Notes under the pieces: model-generated
What the model saw: the letters and a program-made list of their open reading frames with translations, nothing else
Told to the model about the DNA's origin: nothing
Databases searched by the model: none
Assembly: GCA_963845755.1 (NCBI GenBank)
Contig: CAWJTV010000047.1
Span: 215,998 to 279,997, forward strand
Origin: an uncultured Planctomycetota bacterium
GTDB lineage: Bacteria; Planctomycetota; Planctomycetia; Isosphaerales; Isosphaeraceae
Length of the DNA: 64,000 nucleotides
Direction: 5' to 3'
Position numbers and translations under genes: made by a program
In this document: positions 9,560 to 21,035 of the stretch, in pieces
Numbering within the stretch: the first letter of the stretch is position 1
How the letters are laid out: each line of letters begins with the position of its first letter

Positions 9560-10242
9560 TTCGAGCAGATCATGCCCGCCCTGCGCCGGGCCGGGATTCC
9601 CGTGCGCTGGACGGACCTGGTCGTCCGGCATACGGGCTACGTCGACGTCGCCTTGCGAGCGCAAAGCTCGATCGCGGCAGCCGGATTCTTCAGGGAGAGC
9701 TGAAGCACCGTCCCGATGAGCCGTTCATCCTGTTCAACCTGGGCGCGATCGCCGTCAAGCGGCGCAACTGGCGCGGGGCGCTCGATTACCTGCTCCAGAG
9801 CCTGGCGCGGTCGGCGCCGAGCGACTCGATCACCCGAAAGCTGTTCGCCCTGATCGCCCGATCGCACCAGATGCTGGGGGAGACCGCCGAGGCGCTGCGA
9901 ACGTGTTCGGAAGGATTATCGCTCGACGATCAGGACGCCGAGCTGTTGTTCCGCAAGGCGGTGGTGCATCGGCAGCGGGGCGAGTCGTCCGAGGCCGAAG
10001 CGTGCTGGCGGCGAATCCTCGGACTGCGGCGTCCCGAACAGTTCGCCAGCCTGGACATGGGCATCTATGGCCACCTCACCCGGCGCAATCTCGCCGTGCT
10101 GGCCCAGGAACGCGGCGACGCGGTCGAGGCCGCCGAACACTGGCATGCCGTGCTCGCCGAGTGCTCCGGCGACCGCGAGGCCCGCGTCATGCTCGAACGA
10201 TTCCCGCGGATCGCCAAGAGCAACGAGCGAGCCCCCACCTGA
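9560..10242 (+). pseudogene. 5'-truncated GT2-TPR protein (end of GT domain plus TPR repeats)
   Basis: EQIMPALRRAGIPVRWTDLVVRHTGY in one frame, then DEPFILFNLG..ALDYLLQSL..EAEACWRRIL; paralogous to 52346..53455; starts right after the REPIN. Confidence 0.65.
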
Positions 10243-10257
10243 ATCTGAGAGAACCCC

Positions 10258-10974
10258 AGACACTCCTCGCTGGACACCGCCGCATCCTCAACGCAACGCT
10301 TCGAGATCTTTTCCGGGAGTTCTCGCCCGAGACGACCGGTGGCCGTGCCCGTCTCAGCGGTCGTTTTGGGCGTAGGCCTCGAGGGACCCTCAGGGCCGAT
10401 CACCGTGCCGTCCGCCCCGTTCCCACCCGACGACCCGGCGCAAACCACAGCGCTTTTTTTTTCAAAAAAAAATGGATCTCTCACTCCTGTTGAGATTTCG
10501 GACGCGAAAAATCGTCACTTCGGGCATAGGTGCATTAACGAAATTCCAAAGTTGAGGCATCCTGATAATAGAGGGCTCATCAGCGGGCTTACACGATCAG
10601 TTCCCCGCCGCGTCCGAGGCGCCATCACAACCCATGTCCGGTGATCCTGGAACTCGTCACCTTCGGCCGTCGGCCGGTCGCCGAAACCGACTGGACCGAC
10701 CCGGCAAGCGCTGGTCCCGAACGCATTTCAGGCCAACGAGATCGGGGATGGGGACATTTCCGATTTGTTACATGGCGTGCCACTTTGTGCCGCGATGCGC
10801 GCCGCCAGCCGGGGGTCCCGCGCAATCACTCCGGTCTAATACGATGGTCTTGATCGAGGAGCATCGGAAACCCCGAACATGGCCGATCCTGCAAGGGCCT
10901 GGGTGCCAGGCCGTTACCAGGAAGGACCCTCGTCAAGCCGGTGAGAATGCGGTGGTCTCCAGCGAGGAGTGTCT
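10258..10974. repeat. Imperfect 32-bp inverted repeats bounding a ~717-bp non-coding segment (MITE/REPIN-like)
   Basis: 10258-10289 versus reverse complement of 10943-10974, 29/32 identical. Confidence 0.6.
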
Positions 10975-11002
10975 CAATAATCCTAAACCTCGCAGCCGGG
11001 AT

Positions 11003-13118
11003 TCACGGCTCCGAAACCAGGATGATCATCGAGTGTTCGCGGACCGTGTAGGGTTGGCGGATCGGGACCCGGGGGCCGTGATCCTCGGCGACGATGTCCT
11101 CGGGCGAGGGCAGGGCCGTATCGACGACCCGACGCCAGGCGCGGCCCGAGGGCGCCGCGGGGATCCGGAACTCGAGTGGGTCGTGGTAGGCGTTCATGGC
11201 GACGTAGATGTCGCGGTCGACGAAGTTGGGGCGATCGGATCGGCGGCCGTCCATCGCGAAAGCCAGCGTGTGGCTCTCGTTGCGGAAATCGGGCCAGTCG
11301 GGCGCGACCCCATGCCACACGATCTCCGGCGGCAGGTCCCCACTTGCCCCGGAAAAGAACGTCCGCCGTCTCAGGACCGGATGGGCCTGCCGGAAGGCGA
11401 TGATCCTCCGCATGAACCGGAGGAAATCGGCGTTCTTCTCCCGGAAGGACCAGTCCAACCAGCTCAGCGAATTATCCTGGCACCAGGCGTTGTTATTGCC
11501 GTCGCTGGGTGCGCAGGAACTCGTCCCCGCCGAGGATCATGGGTACGCCCTGGCTGATCATCAGCGTGGTCATCAAGTTGCGCACCTGTTGGCGACGGAT
11601 CCGGAGAACCTCCGGGTCGGCGGTCGTCCCTTCGACGCCGCAGTTCCACGTCCAGTTCGTGTCGTTGCCGTCGCGGTTCCGCTCCCCGTTGGCTTCATTA
11701 TGCTTGTGGTCATAAGAAACCAGATCGTTGAGCGTGAATCCGTCGTGACAGCAGAGGAAATTGATCGAGTGGAGTGGTCCCCGGCCCTGATAGAGGTCAT
11801 CGCTGCCGCAAATGCGCGTGGCGAGCGCCGAGGTCATCCCGGGGTCGCCCCGCCAGAACCGCCGGACATCATCGCGGAACCGGCCGTTCCAGTCGGACCA
11901 GCGCCCCTCACCCGGGAACGTGCCGACCTGGTAGAGCCCGGCCGCGTCCCACGGCTCGGCGATTAACTTGGTGTCGCGGAGCAGCGAATCCTCCGAGATC
12001 CGCTTGATCACCGGCGGCTCGACGAGCACCTTGCCGTGGCGGTCGCGCCCCAGCACCGAGGCCAGATCGAATCGGAATCCGTCCACGCCGCCCTCGGCGA
12101 CCCAGTTCCGCAGGCAATCCAACAGGTAGTTGCGCACAACCGGATGGTCGCTGCTGAACGTATTACCACATCCGCTGTAATTCAAGTAATGGCCTTGCTC
12201 GTCCAGCATGTAGAACAGGGTGTTATCCACACCGCGGAAGTTATAGGTTCGGCCGTCGTCGCTCCCCTCGGCGGTGTGGTTGAAGACCACATCGAGGTAG
12301 ACCTCGATCCCGGCGGAGTGGAACGCATCCACCATCAGGCAAAACTCCTGCCAGGGTCCGCCTCGCTCGGGATGATGGGCATACGCCGCCTTCGGGGCAC
12401 AGAATGCGATCGTGTTGTATCCCCAGAGGTTTCTCAGGGATTCACCGGTAAGAGGATTGACGAACGGACAGTCGTTCTCGTCGAACTCATCGATCGGTAG
12501 GACCTCGACGGCCGTGATCCCCAGGTCTTTCAGCCACTCGATCTTCTCGATGAGGCCGAGATACGTCCCCGGGCGCCGGACAGCCGAGCTGGGGTCGATC
12601 GTGTAGCCGCGGACGTGGAGCTCGTAAATGATCGTGTCTTCGAGGGGCGTTCGGGGATTGATCGCGCGCTCGCGTTCCGTCGAGGCGTCCGTCATCAGGC
12701 TGCGACGGGGTAGCCCTTCGCCGGTCCCCCACGGGCGTCCGCATGAGAGCGCGCGAGCGTACGGGTCGAGCAAGATCTTCTCGCGGTCGTAGCGGTGACC
12801 GTTGTCCGTGGGGCCGTCGACCCGGTAGCCATAGCAGAATTCTTCCGGCAGCCCATCGACCTGGATGTGCCAGTGGTCGCCGGTCCGATTCAGGAGCGGG
12901 TCGAGCGGGATCTCGGCATGGATGGCGCCGTCACAAGGCTCAGAGAGGATCAACCAGACCGCCGTTCCGTGCCGGCAGAGCAAGACGAAATTGATCCCGG
13001 CCGGCGTCGGAGTCGCCCCCGCGGGGAGCGGACTGCCGCGCGTGACGAGCAGCATCCGATCGCGATACGTGTACTCGATCCCGGGAATCGACTGAGGTTG
13101 GATCGTCGTGATTGACAT
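11003..13118 (-). CDS. glgX: Glycogen debranching enzyme (GH13 isoamylase), frameshift near 11495
   Basis: IIYELHVRGYT, LGITAVEVLPI, WGYNTIAF, DVVFNHTAEG, VDGFRFDLAS, KLIAEPWD, HDGFTLNDLVSY, SQGVPMILGGDEF; C-terminus in ORF 11003..11458. Confidence 0.93.
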
Positions 13119-13390
13119 TAACTCGTTGTCCGGATCGTAGGAGAGGAGCGGCCCGATCGGGACGGGGTCGCGGCCGATCGAGACGATTCTCGGATGGAAC
13201 GGGATTTGAAACAACGGGAAAACCGCGATATCCTGGAACACATGGACTCGAACGGGTCCGGAAGCACCTCTCGCACCCGAGGGGCTTGGCTACCGCCCCG
13301 ATGACCCGCCACAATGGCCCCGCCCACCGGTCCTGGCCGGGGGCGGGATCCTTTCCGGCGCGGCGGCCGGACGAAACAGGAGCCGACTTG

Positions 13391-15725
13391 ATGATATTCC
13401 TTCGACTAACGGCCTGGCTCCTGGCGCCGATCGCGATCGTCCTGGCGAGTTCCGAGCATACCGCCGCCGGCCCGTCGGACGTCGATTTCAACCGCGACAT
13501 CCGGCCAATCCTGTCCGAGACCTGCTATCAGTGCCACGGTCCGGATCACAACAAGCTCAAGGCCGACTTGCGCCTGGACACGCGTGCCGGGCTGTTCCGG
13601 TCGGCGGAAGGTTCGACGGTCGTCGTCCCGGGTAAGCCCGATGAGAGCGAACTCTTGATCCGGCTCACCGCCGAAGACGACGAGACACGCATGCCGCCTC
13701 CCAAGGCGAGCAAGCGACTTACACCCGGCCAGATCGATCGGATCCGGCGATGGATTCAGCAGGGAGCAGTCTGGAAGGGGCACTGGGCCTACATCCCTCC
13801 GAGCCGTCCGTACACTTCCGACCTGCCGAGAGCCGACGATCCCATCGACCGGTTCCTCCTCGCGCGGATGAACGGGGAGGGGCTTGAGCCCTCGCCGGAG
13901 GCCGATCGCTCCACCCTGATCCGCCGCCTCAGTCTCGACCTGCTCGGCTTGCCGCCGACGCCGAAGGAGGTGGACGCGTTCGTCCACGACACTCGGCCCG
14001 ACGCCTACGAACATCTTGTCGACCGGCTCCTGGCCTCGCCGCATTATGGTGAGCGGATGGCGATCTTCTGGCTGGATCTGGTCCGTTTTGCGGACACGCA
14101 AGGCTATCATAGCGATAACCACATGGACATCTGGCCGTTCCGCGACTACGTGATCCGTTCATTCAACGCCAACAAGCCCTTCGACCAGTTGACCATCGAA
14201 CATCTTGCCGGCGACCTGATTCCGTCCCCGACCGACGAGAGCCGCATCGCCTCGGGCTATAACCGGCTGCTCCAGACCACCCAGGAGGGCGGGGCACAGG
14301 CCAAGGAGTACATCGCAAAGTACGCGGCGGACCGCGTGCGGAACGTCTCGACGGTCTGGTTGGGGGCCACGCTGGGCTGCGCCGAGTGCCACGATCACAA
14401 GTTCGACCCGTTCACGACGCGCGAGTTCTACAGTCTCGCCGCCTTCTTCGCCGATGTGAAGGAGACGATTATCGCGCGCAGGAGCCCACTCGGTTTCCAC
14501 GTCCGGGGCAGTCGGCCGACCTGCAGCCGCTGGAGGAGCGCCGGTCGGTTCTTAAGAAGATCAAGAGCCCATCACCAGACCAGAAGAAGGAACTTGCCGA
14601 CCTGGACCGCAAGATCGCCGAGCTGGTGGGCAAGATCCCGGCCTCGCTCGTCTCGACGGCGATCCCTCCCCGGGAGATGCACGTGCTCCCGCGAGGCAAC
14701 TGGATGGACGACTCGGGTCCGATCGTGCTACCCGACGTGCCGTCATCCTTGCCCCCGTTGGGGGTCAAGGACCGCCGCGCATCCCGGCTCGACCTGGCAC
14801 GCTGGCTCGTCTCGGGACGCAACCCGCTGGTCGCCCGCGTCATGGTGAATCGGCTCTGGAAGCTGGCGTTCGGCCAGGGACTCGTGGCGACGGCCGACGA
14901 CTTCGGCTCGCAGGGGACCTGGCCGACCCACCCCGAACTGCTCGACTGGCTCGCTTGCGAGTTCGTCGACAGTGGCTGGGACATCCGCGCGATGCTCAAG
15001 CGGCTGGTGATGTCCGCGGCCTACCGCCAATCCTCGCGCTCACGCCCCGCCGACCAGCAGCGCAATCCCGCCAACCGCTGGGTCTCGCGTCAGAACGCCT
15101 TCCGGCTCGACGCCGAACTTGTCCGGGACAACGCGCTGGCGATCAGCGGCCTGCTCTCGGAGCAGATCGGCGGGCCCAGCGTCAAGCCCTATCAGCCGGA
15201 GGGATACTGGGTCTTCCTCAACTTTCCCAAGCGCGAGTATCAGGCCGACCATGGGAAGAACGAGTATCGTCGGGGGCTCTATACCTACTGGCAGCGGACG
15301 TTCCTGCACCCGAGCCTGCTCGCGTTCGATGCGTTCGAACGCGCGAGGAATGCGTCGTCCAGCGCCCGCGGTCGAACACCCCGCTCCAGGCACTCGTCTT
15401 GCTGAACGACCCGACTTACGTCGAGGCGGCGCGGGTCCTGGCCGCTCGACTGATCCGAGAGGCGTCCATCGACCCGTCGGCCCGCCTCGACCTCGCGTTC
15501 CGCCTTGCACTGGCACGTCCGCCGCGTCCCGAGGAGACCACGATCCTAACCCGGCTCCTGATCAAGCACGAGCAGCAGTATCAGGACGATCCCGCCTCGG
15601 CGCACGCCCTGCTGGGCATCGGAGATGCACCCGTCCCTGACGGACTCAACGTGGCCGAGCTGGCCGCCTGGACCTCCGTCACCCGCACACTACTGAACCT
15701 CCACGAGACGATCACCCGGAACTGA
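13391..15725 (+). CDS. Planctomycete cytochrome c / PSD1 (PSCyt1 + DUF1549 + DUF1553) protein, two frameshifts (near 14480 and 15335)
   Basis: FNRDIRPILSETCYQCHGPD, LIRRLSLDLLGLPPT, GCAECHDHKFDP, NPLVARVMVNRLW, PTHPELLDWLA, NTPLQALVLLND, TLLNLHETITRN. Confidence 0.92.
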
Positions 15726-15728
15726 CTC

Positions 15729-17171
15729 ATGGATTTCCTCTCCGACAATCTGATACCCCGAATCCATCGACGGACATTCCTGAGCCGTTCGATCACGGGC
15801 ATCGGCACGATGGCGCTGGCATCGCTACTCGAGCCGAGCCTATTGACGGCGGCCGACCGGACCCCATCGCGCGATCGGTGGACTGGCGTGGTCCATCCGC
15901 TCCATCTGGTCCCCCGCGCCAAGCGGATCATTTATCTCTACATGGCCGGCGGTCCATCGCACCTGGAGACCTTCGATTCGAAGCCCGATCTGGCCCGGAT
16001 GCACGGCAAGCCCATGCCCGAGTCGTTCACCAAAGGCATGCCGATCGCCCAGCTCCAGGGCCACAAGCTCGTCTGCTTCGCGCCCCAGCACCCGTTCCGT
16101 CGCTGCGGCTCCAACGGCCAGGAGATCAGCGCGATCTTCCCCCACGTCGCCACGGTCGCCGATGAGATCTGCATCATCCGTTCGATGGTGACCGAAGCGA
16201 TCAACCACGATCCCGCGCACACCTTTATGAATACGGGGACATCCATCTCCGGTCAACCGGCGATGGGGTCCTGGATGACCTACGGGCTCGGGAGCGAGAG
16301 TGAGGATCTTCCGGGTTTCGTCGTGTTGACCTCGACGGGCAGTTTCGGCCAGGCGCAGCCGATTTCCACCCGGCAATGGCACAGCGGCTTCTTGCCCAGC
16401 CGGTTCCAGGGCGTCCGGTTCTACTCCCAGGGCGATCCGGTCCTCTACCTGGGACGGCCGAAAGGAACGACCGTGGAGCGCCAGCGCGATGTGGTCAACG
16501 CGGTCCAGCACCTCAATCAGCTCGAGAACGAGCGGATTGAAGATCCCGAGATCGCCACCCGGATCACCGCGTACGAGACCGCCTTCCGGATGCAGAGCAG
16601 CGTCCCGGAGTTGACCGACCTCTCCAACGAGCCGAGGCATGTCCTCGACCTGTACGGCACTGAGGGCGCGGATGGGTCATTTGCCGCCAACTGCTTGCTC
16701 GCTCGACGACTGGCCGAGCGCGGCGTGCGCTTCATCCAGCTCTATCACCGCGACTGGGACCATCACGGGGCAATCAAGGAACACGTCGCCGGGACGGCCC
16801 GAGAGGTCGATCAGGGTGCCGCCGCTCTCATCAAGGATCTGAAGCAGCGCGGGATGCTCGACGACACCCTCGTCGTCTGGGGAGGCGAATTCGGCCGCAC
16901 GCCCATGGCACAGGGCAACGGCCGCGATCACCACATCAAGGGCTTCTCTATCTGGATGGCTGGCGGAGGGATCAAGGGGGGGATTACCCATGGTGCGACC
17001 GACGAATTCGGTTACTCTGCCGTCCGCGACGTGGTCCCGGTCCACGACCTGCACGCGACCATTCTGGCCCTCTTCGGGATCGACCACCGCCGGTTGGTCT
17101 ATCGTTTTCAAGGGCGTGATTTCCGCCTCACCGACGTCTCCGGCCAGGTCGTGAAACCTCTGCTCGCGTGA
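15729..17171 (+). CDS. DUF1501 domain protein (Tat-exported, sulfatase-like)
   Basis: RRTFL signal, AKRIIYLYMAGGPSHLETFD, CLLARRLAERGVRF, WGGEFGRTP, GRDFRLTDV; canonical partner of the PSD1 gene. Confidence 0.92.
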   Translation: MDFLSDNLIPRIHRRTFLSRSITGIGTMALASLLEPSLLTAADRTPSRDRWTGVVHPLHLVPRAKRIIYLYMAGGPSHLETFDSKPDLARMHGKPMPESFTKGMPIAQLQGHKLVCFAPQHPFRRCGSNGQEISAIFPHVATVADEICIIRSMVTEAINHDPAHTFMNTGTSISGQPAMGSWMTYGLGSESEDLPGFVVLTSTGSFGQAQPISTRQWHSGFLPSRFQGVRFYSQGDPVLYLGRPKGTTVERQRDVVNAVQHLNQLENERIEDPEIATRITAYETAFRMQSSVPELTDLSNEPRHVLDLYGTEGADGSFAANCLLARRLAERGVRFIQLYHRDWDHHGAIKEHVAGTAREVDQGAAALIKDLKQRGMLDDTLVVWGGEFGRTPMAQGNGRDHHIKGFSIWMAGGGIKGGITHGATDEFGYSAVRDVVPVHDLHATILALFGIDHRRLVYRFQGRDFRLTDVSGQVVKPLLA

Positions 17172-18000
17172 GACCCGGCGCAGATTCGAACGAATCGAGC
17201 CGAACCTTTCCTCCCAGGATTGCTCGGGAGAACCGGTTCGGCTCTTGGGACTCTCTCGTTCCAAATCCCTTTGCCGGCGACAGATGAGTTGATTCGCGAG
17301 GCAAGCCGTCAACGCGATGGGAATGGGAGCGTTGGAAACGATCCGTCAACGCTCGCCAGCGCTGCGGTCACCAATTCGGCCACCACGGCTGGAGTTGGCA
17401 TAAGCCGCGGTGAGCATACCCAGAAGTGCGGCGCGGCGGCCTGCGCGGTTCGACCGGACGCCCCGGCGAACGCGAGCGACAGCGCCCGCCCATTCAAATC
17501 CATCATGCACAGGTGCGATCTTCTTGGACTTCGATTCGTTCATCGAACAAAACTCCCACGAGTAGAAACGCGGCCCAAACAGTAGGTCCACGCTCCACAT
17601 TCCCTTGGGCCGGGACGAACACCAATTCTTCCCGGCGGCGGCCGTCCTGGCATTAGTGAGTGAATGTCGCCACGGGTCGCCACCCGTTGCCGATCATCTC
17701 GCGATGTGCGAGGCTCTTGACGAGCCTCGAGCCGCGACTTTGCAGCGACACAGCGATCGAATCAAGAGGATGCCGACCGCTGAGAGCCATCCGAAATCGC
17801 CAGAACCAGGTCCCTATCTCATCGGTATCTTTCACCCTTGACTTTTGAGCGGTGCACTGGCTACCCAGGCTCGCCAAGTCAGATCGTCTGGCCCGCGAAT
17901 TCGTTAGCGTCCCTTTCCAGGGACATGAGCACGACCATAGAAATGTAACAGCACGCCCACCATTCGTCTAGCAAAAAGTGAATGGAATTGAGGTTTTGCC

Positions 18001-19419
18001 TCAATCGGGCCGCCGATCCACATCTTGGGCACGAAGATTGACTTTTTCCAAGGGCGCATTTCGCTCAATAGCCGGCGGGGGAACCACTTTTTTTTCGCTC
18101 GCCCCGGGTTGCCCCATCAACAGCCACCAGATCAACGCCAGGGTGCTAGTGGCATTGAATAACGCGTGCATGCAGATGGTGGCGAGCAGGCTGCCCGTTC
18201 GGTAATAAATCACTCCCAAGCCAATCGCGAGAATGAAAATGGGGATCGGCGCAGGCCACTGACCCGCATGGAGCATGGCAAAGATCAGGGATGTGAGGAC
18301 GATTCCGGCCCCCGCGGAGACAGGAGACGGTAGGCGAGGAGGGGAAGCCTTGGACGCGGGGAGGGCGGGAACTCGGTCCTCGGCCGACCAGTATTCGTAG
18401 GACCATTCACGGCTCATGGCATCGGGGACGGCCTCGCTTTCCGGCGGGCAGGCCGTACGCTCGGTGGATTCGGCTTCTTCGAGCCTCCCCGAATCGACAG
18501 GCGACGGATTGGGCTCGTCGGCGAAATAAATATCGCCATCAAGGCCCCGGGGTTCGACCGACCTGATTCCGAAGTTACCTCGAAACCGCTCCAGCAGTTC
18601 AATGAGCCAGCTCTGGAAGATCCCCCGAAACATCAACTCCTCGAAGATCGGGGCCAGGATGACCGCGGTGACGAGTGCCAGTCCCGCCACACCACCCGAG
18701 AATTGTTCCCGGAGCATTCGCTCGACCGGATGGCGGGATTGCTCATCGAACGGCCCCAGGAGTTTGAGGGCGAGATGCTGGGTTCCCATGATGATCGGCA
18801 GGAGGTAGAGGACGGCGACGAGGCCGATCATCACCTGGCGGCCCCAGTGATCGAGGCTCAACCCCAGGTCGTTGAGCCTGGCCCCTGAAGTGCCTCTGAG
18901 GACCATCGGCAGCAGCAAAAGAAGGAAGGTGTTGACCACGGCCTGGATCGACATTAACTCGAGCAGAGAGAACTCCTTGGCGTCCTTCTTGTTCTCGATC
19001 CCGGAGGTTGGATTCGCGGGTGGTAAATCGGGCTCCTCGGCTTGATCGGTTTCGGCCGATCGCAATGCAGCCTGCTTCGGCGCCGGGGAATCGGGTTTTT
19101 CCACGGTCACATGGGGAGCCGCCTTCGTTGCCGCCGGCACTTCGTCGCTAGGTGATCCGCGGGTCACCAGCGCATACCCCTTGAACAGCAGGAGATTCGC
19201 CGCAACGTAAAGAACGAAGACAATGAGAACGGTCCCGGAGCCCCAGGGCGTCCTGCCTCGAGCCACCAGCGGCCTCTCGGGGAATAGCGGCCGTCCCTTC
19301 AGGAGATTCCAGAGGATCCAGCACCAGCTTGCGCCGATCCCAAAAAGGATGGACATCATCACCAGCTCGATGATGTGCAGGAGAACCAGTCTGGGTTCGA
19401 GCATTGCCATGAGGAACAC
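18001..19419 (-). CDS. CPBP (CAAX/Abi) family intramembrane metalloprotease
   Basis: APIFEELMFRG, FAMLH, TGSLLATICMHALFNA; multiple TM helices. Confidence 0.88.
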   Translation of the reverse strand: MFLMAMLEPRLVLLHIIELVMMSILFGIGASWCWILWNLLKGRPLFPERPLVARGRTPWGSGTVLIVFVLYVAANLLLFKGYALVTRGSPSDEVPAATKAAPHVTVEKPDSPAPKQAALRSAETDQAEEPDLPPANPTSGIENKKDAKEFSLLELMSIQAVVNTFLLLLLPMVLRGTSGARLNDLGLSLDHWGRQVMIGLVAVLYLLPIIMGTQHLALKLLGPFDEQSRHPVERMLREQFSGGVAGLALVTAVILAPIFEELMFRGIFQSWLIELLERFRGNFGIRSVEPRGLDGDIYFADEPNPSPVDSGRLEEAESTERTACPPESEAVPDAMSREWSYEYWSAEDRVPALPASKASPPRLPSPVSAGAGIVLTSLIFAMLHAGQWPAPIPIFILAIGLGVIYYRTGSLLATICMHALFNATSTLALIWWLLMGQPGASEKKVVPPPAIERNAPLEKVNLRAQDVDRRPD

Positions 19420-19695
19420 CCATCTCCGATCTCGCCGGATCCCATCTCTCTCTTAGTAAGATCGTACAGTCGAACCGACGTGTGACCAGAGGTTAGCGCG
19501 CTCCGGACCTGGTGGAAACGTCCCCGTCGCCGGGTATCCGCGGGCTCTCGACGGATGGCCGCCGTGGCGCATCGGGTAGACGGTTCACCGTCCGGTCTTT
19601 ACGAGTCGTCCCTGAATTGCCACCATGAATCACGGTCACGAGGGAGATTCCGACCCGTCTTCACACGCCACGATCGAGCCAGCCTGGGAGTACCC

Positions 19696-20913
19696 ATGAG
19701 GGATGTCGCCGAACAGCTCCGGATCCTCAAACGCGGCGTAGAGCAAATCGTCCCTGACCTTGAATTCCTCAAGAAGCTGGAGCGATCCGTCCGCGAGGAT
19801 CGTCCGCTGCGCGTCAAGTACGGCATCGATCCCACCGGCATCGACGTTCATCTCGGGCACACGGTCCCTTTGCGCAAGTTACGCCAGTTCCAGGATCTGG
19901 GTCACATCGCCGTGATCATCATCGGCAATTACACCGCCCTGGTCGGCGATCCATCGGGTCGGGACGAGACCCGTGCGAAACTCAGCCCGCAGCAGGTCGA
20001 ATCCAACGCCCGAGATTACCTCACGCAGGTGGGACGGATCATCGACCTGAACCGGGCCGAAGTTCACCATAACGGCGATTGGTTTTCGAAGTGGTCGTTC
20101 CTCGATGTCCTCGACCTGACCCGACGCATGACGCTCGGCCAGATCGCCGCGCGGGAAGACTTCGCCAATCGGATCGCTGCCGAGAAACCCGTCTATCTCC
20201 ACGAGTGCCTGTATCCCCTGATGCAGGGCTGGGATTCGGTCGAGATTCGCGCGGACGTCGAGCTCGGCGGCACCGAACAACTTTTCAGCTTGCTGGTGGC
20301 ACGAGACCTCCAGGTGTCGCAAGGTCAGGAACCGCAGGTCGCCATGACCATGCCGATCCTGGTGGGGACCGACGGCGTCCGGCGGATGGGCAAGAGCCTG
20401 GGGAATTATATCGGAGTCGCTGAGCCGGCGGAGAACCAGTTTGGCAAGATCATGAGCGTCCCGGATGGGCCGATGCGGCAGTATTTTACGTTGCTCACCG
20501 AGCTGCCTATGGACGAGGTCGACCGCCTCCTCGGTGCGGGAATCAACCCGAGAGATGCCAAGGAAATGCTGGGGAAAGCCGTCGTTGCGCAGTACAACGG
20601 GGCGGAAGCCGCTGACAAGGCTGCCATGGAGTTTCGTCGCCGGTCCTCGGGTGAGGATCCCCTCGAGATTCCCGACATAACGCTTGCCGCCGGCAAGCTC
20701 GATTCCGATGGTCGAATTCCGGTCTTCGTCCTCGTCAAAGAGCTAGGTCTGGAATCCAGCACGTCAAACGCCCGCCGCGTCATCGCACAGGGGGGTGTTA
20801 ACATCGGTGCGAATCGCGAGTCGATTGAAGATCCCAAGGCCCTGATCGCGGTCACCGACGGCTTGATCGTCCGGGTCGGCAAGCGCAAGATCGTGCGAGT
20901 GAAGTTGGTGTAA
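19696..20913 (+). CDS. tyrS: Tyrosyl-tRNA synthetase
   Basis: KYGIDPTGIDVHLGH (HIGH), YPLMQGWDS, ELGGTEQ, RMGKSLGN (KMSKS), C-terminal S4 domain. Confidence 0.96.
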   Translation: MRDVAEQLRILKRGVEQIVPDLEFLKKLERSVREDRPLRVKYGIDPTGIDVHLGHTVPLRKLRQFQDLGHIAVIIIGNYTALVGDPSGRDETRAKLSPQQVESNARDYLTQVGRIIDLNRAEVHHNGDWFSKWSFLDVLDLTRRMTLGQIAAREDFANRIAAEKPVYLHECLYPLMQGWDSVEIRADVELGGTEQLFSLLVARDLQVSQGQEPQVAMTMPILVGTDGVRRMGKSLGNYIGVAEPAENQFGKIMSVPDGPMRQYFTLLTELPMDEVDRLLGAGINPRDAKEMLGKAVVAQYNGAEAADKAAMEFRRRSSGEDPLEIPDITLAAGKLDSDGRIPVFVLVKELGLESSTSNARRVIAQGGVNIGANRESIEDPKALIAVTDGLIVRVGKRKIVRVKLV

Positions 20914-21035
20914 AGCGGGCCTCTCGTATTTGGCTTCCCCAGACGATCGGTGGTGATGGGGCTCGGCATTGCGCCGGGGATCATGGGGTCCCCGCCGCGA
21001 CCAACGAGATGGCCCCAGAACAAGGCGGATTCAGC

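Noticed and set aside
17200..17990. Small ORFs in the DUF1501-CPBP intergenic region
   Set aside because: No motif, RBS or compositional support.
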